Of a stretch of DNA of 64,000 nt, positions 10,113 to 20,878 are shown piece after piece (positions within the stretch are counted from its first letter, which is position 1; each line of letters begins with the position of its first letter). Origin of the DNA: a virus. Below the pieces are notes generated by a model, which was not told where the DNA came from, searched no databases, and saw nothing but the letters and a program-made list of their open reading frames with translations. The DNA is taken from positions 1-64,000 of the IMG/VR virus record IMGVR_UViG_3300032307_000117; one strand, 5' to 3'. Both the position numbers and the translations under genes were made by a program.

Positions 10113-10275
10113 TTTTCCTCTTACTCTTTTTAGTGTTTAAGTTTACCAAGGTCATGTGCTTTTGAGAACACATCCAGGTCAGCTCTTTTGTATCTGGGTA
10201 GAGCCTTAGGGTCTTTACGTCTTCTTTGCATGTATGACACTTAAAGATTCCGTGATAAACAGAATAGCTAGACAT
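10096..10275 (-). CDS. small zinc-ribbon protein (59 aa, not in ORF track)
   Basis: Hand-translated MSSYSVYHGIFKCHTCKEDVKTLRLYPDTKELTWMCSQKHMT...; CxxC...CxxxH; fills the gap between recA and the next gene. Confidence 0.65.
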   Translation of the reverse strand: MSSYSVYHGIFKCHTCKEDVKTLRLYPDTKELTWMCSQKHMTLVNLNTKKSKRKNERKG

Positions 10276-11275
10276 TAAGTTTATCCCTAATAGACTGCTG
10301 TAGCTCTAGATCTTCTCTAACCTTATTTACGAATCCATCTCTACCCTGGACCTTAGATCCATCTGGAAGAATATACCAGGCACCAGTACGCTCTACAATG
10401 CCCATCATTTCTGCAGTATCAACAAGATCTCCAATTTCGTCAACACCAATCATGTCTCCCCTAAAGAAGAAGTCGTACTCACCAGTTTCTCCTGGAGCAG
10501 AAGTTTTTGAGTTTTGAACTTCCCAAAGAACACGTCTTCCAATTTTTTGTTCGATAAGCTTGTCTCCAGATTTAATCTTGCCCTTAATTGCTTTTGTATC
10601 TGAGCTAGAAGAAAACAACTTAATGATTGTTGACGAGAAGAACTGTGTTGCATTTCCGCCAGTAGGGACTGACTGGGTATACATTGCAGTAATGTTATTT
10701 CTTGCCTGAGAAATTGCAATTACCAAAGCTGGCTTTTCTCTATTGTTAGCATAGTTAATCATCATCCAAGCATGCTTTAGATCTTTAGACTCTGCACCAA
10801 TCTGCTTTGTCTGGTCTAGCTGCTTTAGTTCTGTAGAATCTTTTTCAAAGTATACCGCTGGCAACAAAGAGCTAATACTATCGATTACCACAAGGTCAAC
10901 TCCAGCATGTAGCAGGGCTACAGTCACATCCACCATGTCGTTAATACTTCTTGCTTCTGAATAGATTAGCTTTTCTGTATCAACGCCTAGTTTCTTTGCC
11001 CACTCTTCATCGTAGGACATCTCTGCATCAACCCAGGCACACAGCTTTCCCTCTTTTTGTGCAAGACCAATTGTCTGTAGGCACAAGGATGACTTTGCAC
11101 TAGATTTGCTACCCCACAGAAGGACCTGCCTTCCGTATGGGAGGCCTCCTCCAAGGGCTCTATTTAGCCCTATACTGGGCGTAGGCTGCATTTCAGTCTT
11201 AATCCCTACCCCAGGGCCTATTCGCTTTCTGATCTTTGGATCTAGCTGAGCCAAGGCTTCCTCTATCGTTGTCAT
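10268..11275 (-). CDS. recA: RecA-family recombinase
   Basis: GLNRALGGGLPYGR, Walker A GSKSSAKS, WVDAE, VVIDS, GAWY. Confidence 0.93.
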   Translation of the reverse strand: MTTIEEALAQLDPKIRKRIGPGVGIKTEMQPTPSIGLNRALGGGLPYGRQVLLWGSKSSAKSSLCLQTIGLAQKEGKLCAWVDAEMSYDEEWAKKLGVDTEKLIYSEARSINDMVDVTVALLHAGVDLVVIDSISSLLPAVYFEKDSTELKQLDQTKQIGAESKDLKHAWMMINYANNREKPALVIAISQARNNITAMYTQSVPTGGNATQFFSSTIIKLFSSSSDTKAIKGKIKSGDKLIEQKIGRRVLWEVQNSKTSAPGETGEYDFFFRGDMIGVDEIGDLVDTAEMMGIVERTGAWYILPDGSKVQGRDGFVNKVREDLELQQSIRDKLNV

Positions 11276-11496
11276 TATTCTGCCAATCCTGAGATCTTGT
11301 CTGGATTAAATCCAGCCCAAGAGTCATCATCCGTAATTACTACTGGTGCTGATTTGAACCCCTTAGAGATTAGCATATCAAAGGCCTCTGTGTCAAGGGT
11401 AATATCCACCGTGTTGTAATCAATCTTTAGTTTATCCATCATTCTCTTTGTGGCATCGCACTGAACGCATGCTGGCTTTGTGTATACTGTAATCAT
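11275..11496 (-). CDS. nrdH: NrdH glutaredoxin-like protein
   Basis: ITVYTKPACVQC, APVV, WAGFNPDKI. Confidence 0.95.
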   Translation of the reverse strand: MITVYTKPACVQCDATKRMMDKLKIDYNTVDITLDTEAFDMLISKGFKSAPVVITDDDSWAGFNPDKISGLAE

Positions 11497-14400
11497 TTTT
11501 CTATATCCTCCAAGATAATTGTTCCGTCTTTTGTTTTACCAAAACTGAATTTATAGGCATTGCCTTCCTTAACCATCATGTATGCCTTTGGGTATGCCGT
11601 GGGAAATACTGTCACCAAGTGTAGATCTCTAGCATCATCTGCCAGTGTCATAAGTGCCATCTTCTTGCCAGCCTTTGTAATTCTTGACTTAAAAGAAATT
11701 ACGAACAGCTCGTCATCCTTGTATGGCAGTTGCTTGTAGTTTAAAAACTTAACTAGCGTTGAGTCAGACTTTCTGATTTCATCCGCAGGGACAGCTTCAA
11801 GAATCCTGTTGTCGCCACATAGAAGAAGATACGTCCTACCAGCCTCAATGGCTGTTTGCTCTTCATCAAAGATTCCAACACTTCCTGTTTTGTCTAGAAT
11901 TTCTACACGAGACCAGCCCTTGCCACGCTTAATTCCTTTTACCATACCCATAAGAATAAACGATCCCTTTTCTTCAAACTCCTCTACATCATTTATAAAT
12001 GCGTGGAAGTGAGATGGAACGGTAATGTTAAACTCTGGTAGGTTTAGATACTCGTATAGGTTCTCACGAATGTCATCATCGTTTCTTGGGTTGTCCTCAA
12101 ATGTTGCAGCACCGACAACTCTCAAAGCCTGGAGGGCACGAGTGTTAACACCATTGCCCTTGGTCATAGTAAACTCTTCTAGCTCTTTATAGGTCTTGAA
12201 TGGTCTAGCAGCAAGATACTTGGAGGCAATGTTGTCTGAGATATACTTGATAGCAGTTAGTCCAAATCTAATGCCCTTGCCCTCAATCTTAAAGTCAATA
12301 TCTGAATCATTGATGTGTGGCAGCCTTACAGAAATACCCATTCTTTTTGCCTCAATTAGATATTCAGTTCTTGCATCCTTATCTTTTTCATTCTTAAGAA
12401 TCGCAAACATAAATTCTAGTGGATAGTGGGACTTTAGCCAAGCTGTCCAGTAAGATAGTGTTGAATAGGCCACAGCGTGAGACTTGTTGAAGGAGTAGCC
12501 AGCGTGGGCTTCAAAGTCTTGCCAAAGCTCTACAGCTACGCTTGGAGCTAAGAATCTAGATGCACCCTCTACGAATCTATCCTTAAATACATCGAACTCT
12601 TTGGCATCCTTCTTCTTACCAATGATCTTACGAACCTTGTCAGCCTCAGCCATTGACATGCCACCAAGCTCTGTACATGCCTGCATAACCTGTTCCTGGT
12701 ATAGAATACAGCCATAGGTATCCTCTGTAAACTTCTTCATAACCTGGTGGTGGTAGCTAATGTTTTGCTTACCGTGCTTTCTAGCAATATAGTCTTTTCC
12801 AATGGTGTTAGCTGCACCTGGTCTAACCAATGCGTTAGAGGCTACTAGCTCAGAAAAATTCCTTACACCCATCTTTACAAGAAGATTGGTATATGGTGTA
12901 GCTTCACATTGGAATACGCCCTTTGTGTATCCACTAGATAGCATTTCATATACCTTATCGTCTTCCATGCCAATTTTTAGAAGGTCTATCTTTTTGCCAT
13001 GGCGATCTTCGATAATCTGCAAAGTATCTTTAAGAACACTGAGGGTCTTCAGACCCAAAGCATCAATCTTAATAAGACCAATTCTCTCTGCTTCTGTCAT
13101 GTCTACCGCAACCACAGGGATTCTTTCATTAGACCCAGGGCTTGTTCTAGTTTCCATTGGTGCAAATCTGAAGATGGGGTCCTTGCTAGTAACAACTCCA
13201 GCAGCGTGGATTCCAGTACCACGAATACGGCCACGAAGCTGTTCCCCATACTTTTCAATTTCTGGATACTTGAGCCTAAACTCTAGTGTGCTCTTTGAGG
13301 TGCAATATTCATCCCATGTGTCTACCATCTTAAGAACCTTGTTGACATCTGGCAAAGGGATGTTTAGAACACGTGCGATGTCTCGAACAACACCCTTGTC
13401 TTTGAATTCCAGGAACGTTGCAATAGATGCTACGTGTCGATACTGTCGGACTAGATAGTCCTTAACCTCATCACGCCTAGAGTCCTGGATATCTGTATCA
13501 ATATCTGGAAAGTCATTACGTTCAGGATTAATAAATCGGAAGAATAGCAAACCGTGTGGAATTGGGTCAATATCTGTAATTCCTAAGGAATAGCATAGCA
13601 ATGATCCAGCAGATGATCCTCGTCCTGGGCCTACCATGATACCCTCTTTTTTAGCCCAGTTAATCATATTACGAACCACAAGAAAGTATGGCCCAAAGTT
13701 TTTGTCCTTGATTACTTTCAGCTCTTCGTCAAGTCTGTCGAGATACTCTTGCTTGGTATCAAGGCCTCTTTCCTTTAGCCCTTCAAGAGCTAGTGACTTT
13801 AGCTCACCATCTGGATCCTTATACTGAACTGGCAAAAGGTTGAGGCCATCTTTAATATTGTAGTCTTCAATCTTTTCTGCAAGTTCAACCGTATTAGAAT
13901 ACATGTCTGGTCTATCAATACCCTGGGCTTCCATGGCAGACTTAATCTCTTCGTAAGATAGCAGATGAATGTCAAACTTATTAAAGCTCATCTGCCTATC
14001 TGCACCATATAGGTAGTCAAGTCTTTCCATCAAGTTTTCGTACTTCTTAGACTTTTCATATGTAGCGTCTTTCTGTACCTTGTTAGAGTATGTGTTTAGA
14101 ATAAGCTTTAGCTCCTGCACTTCTTTCTGAGAAGTGTCTGCGTGGTGACAGTCTGGGGTGGCAATCATCTTTACCCCGAATTCATCCGCAAGCTCTACAA
14201 GAACTTTGTTAATTTCTGCGGCTGTGTGTGGCATCATTTCGATGTAGTAGTCATCGCCAAAAACATTCTTAAACCACTCGATGTGTTTCTTGGCTACTGC
14301 AAGCTCTCCAGCTTCGATAGCCTTTGCCAGAACACCAGATGGACAGGCTGAAGAAACAATAATTCCTTCTTTATATTGCTCTAGAACCTTGTAGTCAATT

Positions 14401-14768
14401 CTTGGCTTCTTGTAAAAGCCTTCAGTCCATGCAATTTCATTTAGCTTGTTTAGGTTTTCCAAACCCTTTTTGTTCTTGGCGAGAAGGATAATGTGATTGT
14501 AGATTAGGTCTAGTGGACCAGTTCTTTCGTCTTTATCACGGTGGTCAAAACGGTCATCAGTGATGTACCCTTCTACGCCAAGGATTGGCTTAATGCCCTT
14601 TTCTTTCGCAGCACGGTACATCTCTCTGTGTCCAGAAAGAGACCCGTGGTCCGTGATTGCTAGGGCAGGCATCCCCAGGGATACCGCACGATCTACATAC
14701 TCTTGTGGGGTGGCGATTCCGTCAAAGAGTGAGTAGTGCGTGTGGACATGTAAGCCAACATAAGCCAT
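11493..14768 (-). CDS. dnaE: DNA polymerase III alpha subunit
   Basis: PHP domain HVHTHYSLFDG, GRGSSAGS, FPDIDTD, YSFNKSH. Confidence 0.97.
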   Translation of the reverse strand: MAYVGLHVHTHYSLFDGIATPQEYVDRAVSLGMPALAITDHGSLSGHREMYRAAKEKGIKPILGVEGYITDDRFDHRDKDERTGPLDLIYNHIILLAKNKKGLENLNKLNEIAWTEGFYKKPRIDYKVLEQYKEGIIVSSACPSGVLAKAIEAGELAVAKKHIEWFKNVFGDDYYIEMMPHTAAEINKVLVELADEFGVKMIATPDCHHADTSQKEVQELKLILNTYSNKVQKDATYEKSKKYENLMERLDYLYGADRQMSFNKFDIHLLSYEEIKSAMEAQGIDRPDMYSNTVELAEKIEDYNIKDGLNLLPVQYKDPDGELKSLALEGLKERGLDTKQEYLDRLDEELKVIKDKNFGPYFLVVRNMINWAKKEGIMVGPGRGSSAGSLLCYSLGITDIDPIPHGLLFFRFINPERNDFPDIDTDIQDSRRDEVKDYLVRQYRHVASIATFLEFKDKGVVRDIARVLNIPLPDVNKVLKMVDTWDEYCTSKSTLEFRLKYPEIEKYGEQLRGRIRGTGIHAAGVVTSKDPIFRFAPMETRTSPGSNERIPVVAVDMTEAERIGLIKIDALGLKTLSVLKDTLQIIEDRHGKKIDLLKIGMEDDKVYEMLSSGYTKGVFQCEATPYTNLLVKMGVRNFSELVASNALVRPGAANTIGKDYIARKHGKQNISYHHQVMKKFTEDTYGCILYQEQVMQACTELGGMSMAEADKVRKIIGKKKDAKEFDVFKDRFVEGASRFLAPSVAVELWQDFEAHAGYSFNKSHAVAYSTLSYWTAWLKSHYPLEFMFAILKNEKDKDARTEYLIEAKRMGISVRLPHINDSDIDFKIEGKGIRFGLTAIKYISDNIASKYLAARPFKTYKELEEFTMTKGNGVNTRALQALRVVGAATFEDNPRNDDDIRENLYEYLNLPEFNITVPSHFHAFINDVEEFEEKGSFILMGMVKGIKRGKGWSRVEILDKTGSVGIFDEEQTAIEAGRTYLLLCGDNRILEAVPADEIRKSDSTLVKFLNYKQLPYKDDELFVISFKSRITKAGKKMALMTLADDARDLHLVTVFPTAYPKAYMMVKEGNAYKFSFGKTKDGTIILEDIEK

Positions 14769-14781
14769 AGTTATTTATCTT

Positions 14782-15435
14782 CTACCAGTCGATGTTGGAT
14801 GAAGTAACTGATGGCGAGTCAAAGCCCAGGTAGAAAGCTTCCTGCTCTGCATATGGAACTTTCTTTAGGGCCATCTCTAGTGGGTATGGCTCAACGCTTG
14901 CCCAATTGAATGGCTCTGTATCTGGAGCTGAAGGAATTAGTGTGTAGTTTGTTTCTGTTCCCTGACCATTGCGCTTTAGCTTCCAGGTTAGGTTCGAGAT
15001 ACTTCCAGTCTCTAGCGCATACTCACGAATTGTGTTAAACGATGACTGCTTGCTAATGCCCATAGACCAAATAGCTACGTATGGAGCATCGATACCGTCG
15101 TCTACTAGAACGTTGCAGTAGAAGCGCAGTCTTGCTCTCCAGCCAGCCTTAGGATCTTTTCTGTGCATTTCTTCTGCCCAGTCACGACCTTCTGTGTCCA
15201 TTGTGTCTACAGCCTTACGCTTGTAGTCCTTTGGATTTGTGTGTTCCTTTACAACGATAGCCAAGCCACGCTTAGGATCATAGTTAGCTGAATCCTCGTC
15301 CAGCTCTTCAATAAAGCGGATCTTTACTGACTGGCCGTCAGCAAGCTTTAGCCACTTTACTCTTGGTGAATTTTCGTCATACTTTGGTTTGTCAAGCAGG
15401 GCGTTGATGTCTTTTAGTCCCTTTATTACGCTCAT
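14782..15435 (-). CDS. single-stranded DNA-binding protein (gp32-like)
   Basis: LKLADGQSVKIRF, KRNGQGTETNY, acidic C-terminal NIDW; lies between primase and polymerase. Confidence 0.7.
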   Translation of the reverse strand: MSVIKGLKDINALLDKPKYDENSPRVKWLKLADGQSVKIRFIEELDEDSANYDPKRGLAIVVKEHTNPKDYKRKAVDTMDTEGRDWAEEMHRKDPKAGWRARLRFYCNVLVDDGIDAPYVAIWSMGISKQSSFNTIREYALETGSISNLTWKLKRNGQGTETNYTLIPSAPDTEPFNWASVEPYPLEMALKKVPYAEQEAFYLGFDSPSVTSSNIDW

Positions 15436-15466
15436 TATTTCTCCTATTTTTATATTTTTGGTTTTA

Positions 15467-16411
15467 TTATTTTAACATAGACATGATAGAGTTGTCAAAC
15501 TTAAAGTCTAATTCTTTAATTGCTTCGTCTGTCATATCCCCAATATCCTTGTATTGTTTGTCTATTTGTATTACGCTAACACGTGATGCTAGTTTCTCAA
15601 CTATCTTATCTTTCATGTTACCGCCAGCTTCATCGTTATCTGCAATGACAATAATGTCATTGAAATACTTCTGAAGAAGTTCTATTTGAATGTTTGATAC
15701 ATTTGATCCCAAGGTTGCTACCGCTGGGAATCCGCACTGGTCCAGCCTAATAGCATCGAATGATGACTCTACGACATATACCTTACCAGCTGCCTTTATT
15801 CTGTGTAGGTTAAACAGAATCTTGCTCTTAGGAAGTTTCGGAGTGTTCTTAAATTCTTTGCCCTCAATAGATCTACCAACAAAACCGACCTCCATGCCGT
15901 CTGGAGAGTGAACTGGTATTGTGACCATATCCTGCTTTTCAGAAAATCCTAGGGAAAACTTCTTTACAGACTCTTCGGATATCAGCCTAGACTGAAAATA
16001 TCTCATAGCTCTAGGGGACTCTAGTGCCTGGGTGTTTAGCCTTTTAATTGTTAGCTCATCGAACTGGACATAGTCTGGCTGGTGCCTTAGCTGATTTTCA
16101 ATATCCTGCTCAAGGCTTGTCTCTTGTTCTTTGCTCTTTATAAATCTTACAGATTCAAAGTAGGTTCTGTTAGACGTGAACATTATTAGCTCTACTAGAT
16201 CTACAACCTTGTGACAAGAAAAGCAAAAGAATATGCCGCTAGACTTATCTACTTCTCCAGCTGGTGTCCTGTAGTTTCCATGAAAAGGACAAAATATGAT
16301 GTAGTCAGAGTCTACCTCTGATTCAACATCTATACCCGCACCAGCAAGGACTCTCTTAATCTGCTCTTTTGAGTATAGATTTGAGTGTCTTCTTCTGTCT
16401 CTGCTATCCAT
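15467..16411 (-). CDS. dnaG: DNA primase
   Basis: CPFH...CFSC zinc finger; TOPRIM VVESSFD and DNDEAG. Confidence 0.92.
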   Translation of the reverse strand: MDSRDRRRHSNLYSKEQIKRVLAGAGIDVESEVDSDYIIFCPFHGNYRTPAGEVDKSSGIFFCFSCHKVVDLVELIMFTSNRTYFESVRFIKSKEQETSLEQDIENQLRHQPDYVQFDELTIKRLNTQALESPRAMRYFQSRLISEESVKKFSLGFSEKQDMVTIPVHSPDGMEVGFVGRSIEGKEFKNTPKLPKSKILFNLHRIKAAGKVYVVESSFDAIRLDQCGFPAVATLGSNVSNIQIELLQKYFNDIIVIADNDEAGGNMKDKIVEKLASRVSVIQIDKQYKDIGDMTDEAIKELDFKFDNSIMSMLK

Positions 16412-16436
16412 TTTATTTCCGTATATTCTTTATATT

Positions 16437-17657
16437 TTATTTATCTTCAAAGTCTTTGTATTTGTAAATGCCTCTGTCAAAATCTGCCTGGACTAGGAAC
16501 TCCCCCATAAATCCATTTCTATTTTTCCTAAAAACACATTCTATGATATCACTATTTGTTCCACGACCCAAAGCCATTACCCAGTCAGCATCGTAAGCAA
16601 TCTGGCGAGACCATGCAGTCTGACCAAGAGTTGGTACGGTGTCTAGCTTTGTAACATCGTCTGGCGTTGCAGAAGAAATGGCCATGATTGGCACTGCTTC
16701 AGAAATAGCCATAAGCTTTAGCTCACGAGAAAGATTCTTCATTCTAACAGTTTCGTTATCTGACTTTTGGTTTGGGCTCATAAGCTGAAGGTAGTCTACG
16801 ATTACGAAGTCTGGCTTATATTGATCAATCTTTCCACGAAGAACTGATGGCGTAATATCTCCACCAGTGTCATTAGAAATAATGTGAAACTCTGGCTTGC
16901 CCTCTAGATGATTCTTGTGCCACATCTTAAGCGTGTCTAGCTCAACCTCTCCAGAGCTCATCTTTCTGTGGGACCAAAGACCTTCGCCCATAATTGTAAA
17001 TACACGATTACGGACTTCTGTCTCTGACATTTCTAGAGAGATTACTAGTGGCGACTTTCCCTGTTTCCATGCCTGTACCGCAAAGTAAAGTGATAGCCAG
17101 GACTTACCGATTCCAGGATACGCTAGGAACACGCCAAGCTGTCCTGGCATAATTCCAGCTGGGAGATAGTTGTCAAATCCTGGCAGGCCAGTTTTAATTC
17201 CAGCGATTCCAGCTTCTTGCTGCTTCTTTAGGTTTTCAAAGTAAGCAATGGCAGACTCTAGGTCGGTGACATCAATGTCTCGAATTGCTGCAGTGTTTTT
17301 CTTAAGCTCTGATGTTTGCGAGATGAGCGACTCTAGGGCATGAGTACCATTGCCATTCTGAACGTCTGCAGCAGCCTGTCTAATAATATCCTTTAGGCTA
17401 TCGTTAAGATATTCTGTCTGCAGCTCTTCTAGGTGGTGCTTGGTTGCACCAACGCTATCTACAGGGTGGAAGTCTCTAAACTTTTCTATGACCAGTGACT
17501 TTGGTGGAACTGATCCATTGTGCTCTGTATAGTTTCTAATGAAATCCCAGATATCGTTGTGGGTTCTTAGAAGTCCGTCGACGTTGGCCTGAAGCAAAAC
17601 ATGAACTTGTTTATCTTCCAATACCGCAGATATTAGTTTTGCCTCTGTGTTATTCAT
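16437..17657 (-). CDS. dnaB: DnaB-like replicative helicase
   Basis: AYPGIGKS, SLEM, VDYLQLM, KNRNG. Confidence 0.93.
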   Translation of the reverse strand: MNNTEAKLISAVLEDKQVHVLLQANVDGLLRTHNDIWDFIRNYTEHNGSVPPKSLVIEKFRDFHPVDSVGATKHHLEELQTEYLNDSLKDIIRQAAADVQNGNGTHALESLISQTSELKKNTAAIRDIDVTDLESAIAYFENLKKQQEAGIAGIKTGLPGFDNYLPAGIMPGQLGVFLAYPGIGKSWLSLYFAVQAWKQGKSPLVISLEMSETEVRNRVFTIMGEGLWSHRKMSSGEVELDTLKMWHKNHLEGKPEFHIISNDTGGDITPSVLRGKIDQYKPDFVIVDYLQLMSPNQKSDNETVRMKNLSRELKLMAISEAVPIMAISSATPDDVTKLDTVPTLGQTAWSRQIAYDADWVMALGRGTNSDIIECVFRKNRNGFMGEFLVQADFDRGIYKYKDFEDK

Positions 17658-17958
17658 TTAGCCATTCCCTCGCCATTCTTCGTCTCTGTATTCTTTCTTG
17701 TAAATCTTGTTCGTACTGACTTCTAGAGTCCTGGATTTTATCTGCATAGTTTGCAAAGTATTTCCATGCTGGACTCTGAGAAACGTCGAAATAATATTGT
17801 AGCAGATCGTAGCAGAACTCTATACCATACGACTCAATCAGGGCATCTGCTGCCCACTGCTCTACGTTTAGATTAAGATTGGGTCGCTCATTGTACTTTG
17901 CTGCATGCAACTTGCTGTATCTGCTGAGCAAAGCCATACGGTCTTTGCGCTCAGGCAT
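17650..17958 (-). CDS. hypothetical protein (replication module)
   Basis: Overlap-coupled ORF upstream of the helicase. Confidence 0.65.
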   Translation of the reverse strand: MPERKDRMALLSRYSKLHAAKYNERPNLNLNVEQWAADALIESYGIEFCYDLLQYYFDVSQSPAWKYFANYADKIQDSRSQYEQDLQERIQRRRMAREWLNE

Positions 17959-18170
17959 TACTCTGAAACTTCTTCTTTGGCTTCGTTAATCTTAGTAATT
18001 AGCTTCTGCTCAACAAATGAGTAGACACGAGTAAAGGCTTCGTCAATCGATTCGCCATCTCGCTTTGAGTCAACAACCCCAAGATCAATTCTTAGAGATT
18101 GGAAGTTTCCTAGATTAAGCGTATAACCTAGAGCAACGTTAACTTTTGTGCTGTCGTTTTCCATACCCAT
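17958..18170 (-). CDS. hypothetical protein
   Basis: LGYTLNLGNFQSLRIDLG; coupled to the next gene. Confidence 0.65.
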   Translation of the reverse strand: MGMENDSTKVNVALGYTLNLGNFQSLRIDLGVVDSKRDGESIDEAFTRVYSFVEQKLITKINEAKEEVSE

Positions 18171-18184
18171 ACCCTTTCAAGGTA

Positions 18185-18730
18185 CTAAATAGATTCACTC
18201 CAAATCGGAATGAATCTGCCGTCTTCTGTTCTCGTATAAGTCAGTATACCATCACCCATACGCCTTGTCAACTCCTGACGTGTTGGGGTTATATCATTTG
18301 TAATAAGCTTATCTTTCCTTGGTCTACCCTGATGGTAAGAGGCAAGGATGTCACGGATTTCTCTGACCTGTGATTCAGAGTAGTAGGACCTAACCTGCCA
18401 GCCCCTCTCTCCGCCCTTCTGGGAGCCCATAGGAAAGGGAATGACGCCTCTTTTCATCAAACTAGGCATATACTTCTTGTGCCTGTTTACAAGGTCTGCA
18501 GTCTGTCCTACGGTATAGGCTCTTTCCCTGTTCTTCTTAAAATCACTAATAAGACAGCTTTCAATCTGGTCTTTGGTTATGTTGTAAACAGACATAATTC
18601 CATTAGACTTATTCAGGTGATGGATCCTTACAAGGTCACCATTTAAGAACCAGACCTTTTTGTTGCCAGGAATTACTGGAGCCTCGTTATATTTTTCTTC
18701 TTCTATTGATCGCTTATCGTTGGCTGCCAA
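18185..18730 (-). CDS. MerR-like HTH DNA-binding protein
   Basis: YTVGQTADLVNR...RSYYSESQVREI pattern. Confidence 0.6.
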   Translation of the reverse strand: MAANDKRSIEEEKYNEAPVIPGNKKVWFLNGDLVRIHHLNKSNGIMSVYNITKDQIESCLISDFKKNRERAYTVGQTADLVNRHKKYMPSLMKRGVIPFPMGSQKGGERGWQVRSYYSESQVREIRDILASYHQGRPRKDKLITNDITPTRQELTRRMGDGILTYTRTEDGRFIPIWSESI

Positions 18731-18747
18731 AACATACCCCGCCTTTA

Positions 18748-19191
18748 TTAGTTAGGGATTCCAATTGCAATTAGGTTTACGCCAGCAGATACGTCTCCGC
18801 TAATATTAAATTTAACTAGCCCATCAATAGATGATGTGGTTACTCCAGTTATTACAACTGAAACGTCTTTACCAGCTGAAGTATTTCCAATATTCACTAG
18901 TGTAGCTGTAACAATTGGCGGATACTTAAAGTCTGTTGGAAAGCTGTATGAAAAGGTCTTTTCGTTTCCTGCGTTTACTGAGCTGTTGTTTGCTACCTGC
19001 ACGAACCCTGCAATAAATCTTGCCTCTGAGGCCCTAACGCTTTGCTTGCCCGCACTTGGGGTGTCAACAGTTACATACTTATAAACTGCTGGAGAAATCT
19101 CCGACGACATCTCATTAACTGCATTAACAATCTGAGCAACATAAGTCAAGTCTAGTGGTTGCCCACGCTCTGGTACTGGTATTCTTGCCAT
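18748..19191 (-). CDS. minor tail/tip protein with H-type-lectin-like C-terminus
   Basis: FPTDFKYPPIVTAT...VTTSS...AIG pattern; last gene of the tail operon. Confidence 0.55.
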   Translation of the reverse strand: MARIPVPERGQPLDLTYVAQIVNAVNEMSSEISPAVYKYVTVDTPSAGKQSVRASEARFIAGFVQVANNSSVNAGNEKTFSYSFPTDFKYPPIVTATLVNIGNTSAGKDVSVVITGVTTSSIDGLVKFNISGDVSAGVNLIAIGIPN

Positions 19192-19205
19192 TTTTCTCCT
19201 ATATT

Positions 19206-19214
19206 ATTATATCA
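19206..19214 (-). promoter_or_regulatory. extended -10 promoter
   Basis: TGATATAAT followed by AGGAG SD and ATG. Confidence 0.55.
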
Positions 19215-19724
19215 TTAAATCGTTGTGTTAGCTTTAGAGTATACCTTTAAAAAGGCGTCTGGAGCATCTGATCTGGTCACTGGATTGCCAACGACATATA
19301 TCTCAACATCTAGCCTATTAGGCTGGTCTTCTTGATCCACGCCATTGATAAAGTAGGTATCTACTGGAATAATTGTTAGGCTGGTTCCTTCGATTCTTTC
19401 AAAGTATGTCCAGTCTCCCGCATCACTCTTATGCCACCTAAGCCAAACATCGTATTGTAAAGCTTTTCTAACAATATTATTATTCTTTTTAATTGTTACT
19501 GGATTCCAGATGATCAGGACGTGACCAGCATTCTTTTCTACCAGCAATTGACCATATGGCACTAATTCATACTCTGGTTTAATATTATATACTGGAGACC
19601 AGTGAGAGGCCCTGTTTCGGTCTTCAGAAATTATTCGATACCTAACGCTGTATGCCTCAGTCTGAGTATTTACTGGTGGAAGGTTTGCTTGTAAAACTAC
19701 CGCCTTTTTTACAACATCTGCCAT
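19215..19724 (-). CDS. minor tail protein (FnIII-like)
   Basis: YSVRYRI...SHWSP; position in the tail operon. Confidence 0.55.
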   Translation of the reverse strand: MADVVKKAVVLQANLPPVNTQTEAYSVRYRIISEDRNRASHWSPVYNIKPEYELVPYGQLLVEKNAGHVLIIWNPVTIKKNNNIVRKALQYDVWLRWHKSDAGDWTYFERIEGTSLTIIPVDTYFINGVDQEDQPNRLDVEIYVVGNPVTRSDAPDAFLKVYSKANTTI

Positions 19725-20878
19725 TAGATTACATCCATTGCAAATCTAAACTCAATAAAGTTTGTAGTGTTGGCAAGCTTAGTAATTGTTCTGGCTTCCT
19801 GAGTTCTTACAGTTGAATACCCAGTAAGACCATATAGTGGATTTTCAGAAGTGGTGTTTTCCAGTCTTAGCGCATCCAAGAAAACATAGAAGTCACTTGA
19901 AACAGCTCCACCATTTACAACTGAAGCATAGATTTTTACAACATCCACAGAATTCCAGGTAAACCCAGCACTCTTAAACAGATCCTCAATCTTTTTGCTA
20001 ACAACAACATATCTATTCTGGGCAAAGTCATGTTGTCCAGTTCCAGTTCCATTTTGTAGGTTAACCTCAAATCTAGCAAACTCAATATTCTCTGGAACAG
20101 AAGAATCTGAAGATGCAAACTCTAGCAAGATTCTAACAGTGTCTGGCACTTGAGAAGTGTTGGCATCTTTGCTAACAACAGAGAAAGCAAGCCTTAGCTC
20201 ATCAGTTGGGGCACTCTTGTTTAGGTCAATAACTAGTCCAGTAATGTGAATGTGATTAGACTGATTTCCAGGAGATATGTCTGTTGGAATTAGGTGTCCG
20301 TCACCATCTGGAACAAGGCTTGAATCATCTCCACGAATAACTATTGTATTGTTCAAGAACCTGGTGGTTTCGTACCTTGCAATTCTTTCTGGTCTAGAAA
20401 AAATTCTATTGTCTGGGTTTGTCTGGAAAACCTGTAGGCCAGTCTCAATCTGTCCATCCTCGTTCTCCTCGTCAAGTGGCCCGTAAAGCTGTGGAATGGA
20501 AGTTGCAGCCTGTGCGGTGTGATATTCCCATCTTTCATTCTGACCAAAAGAATATATCATCTTGCTGTCATTGTCTCTTGCAGATGGATTTGATCCAGCA
20601 GAATAGATACCAATTTCGGTAATCTCATATCTTTCTTCTGTTGGTAGCTCTGCAGTTAATACAACTTTTGACATGCCTTCTTCGTTCACGTATCCCCTGG
20701 AAATAATTGGAACACGGAACATCTCGAAGTCTAGGTTTTTCTTGGCAGAGTAATCTAGCAGTTCACCGTCAGATGCGATTGGCTTAGGGCCACAGCCCAC
20801 AGCAATGTAAGAGGCATAGGCTGGTGCCTGCCCAATCAAGTATTTGGCTAATATGTTTTTGCCTGTATTTGTTATCAT
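19724..20878 (-). CDS. minor tail/baseplate protein
   Basis: MITNTGK...YIAVG...ITEIGIY N-terminus typical of tail-collar/fibre-attachment proteins. Confidence 0.6.
   Translation of the reverse strand: MITNTGKNILAKYLIGQAPAYASYIAVGCGPKPIASDGELLDYSAKKNLDFEMFRVPIISRGYVNEEGMSKVVLTAELPTEERYEITEIGIYSAGSNPSARDNDSKMIYSFGQNERWEYHTAQAATSIPQLYGPLDEENEDGQIETGLQVFQTNPDNRIFSRPERIARYETTRFLNNTIVIRGDDSSLVPDGDGHLIPTDISPGNQSNHIHITGLVIDLNKSAPTDELRLAFSVVSKDANTSQVPDTVRILLEFASSDSSVPENIEFARFEVNLQNGTGTGQHDFAQNRYVVVSKKIEDLFKSAGFTWNSVDVVKIYASVVNGGAVSSDFYVFLDALRLENTTSENPLYGLTGYSTVRTQEARTITKLANTTNFIEFRFAMDVI

Noticed and set aside
1035-17657. Inteins or introns in nrdE, terL, recA, dnaE, dnaB
   Set aside because: Lengths are ordinary, frames are uninterrupted, and no splice or homing-endonuclease motifs were seen.
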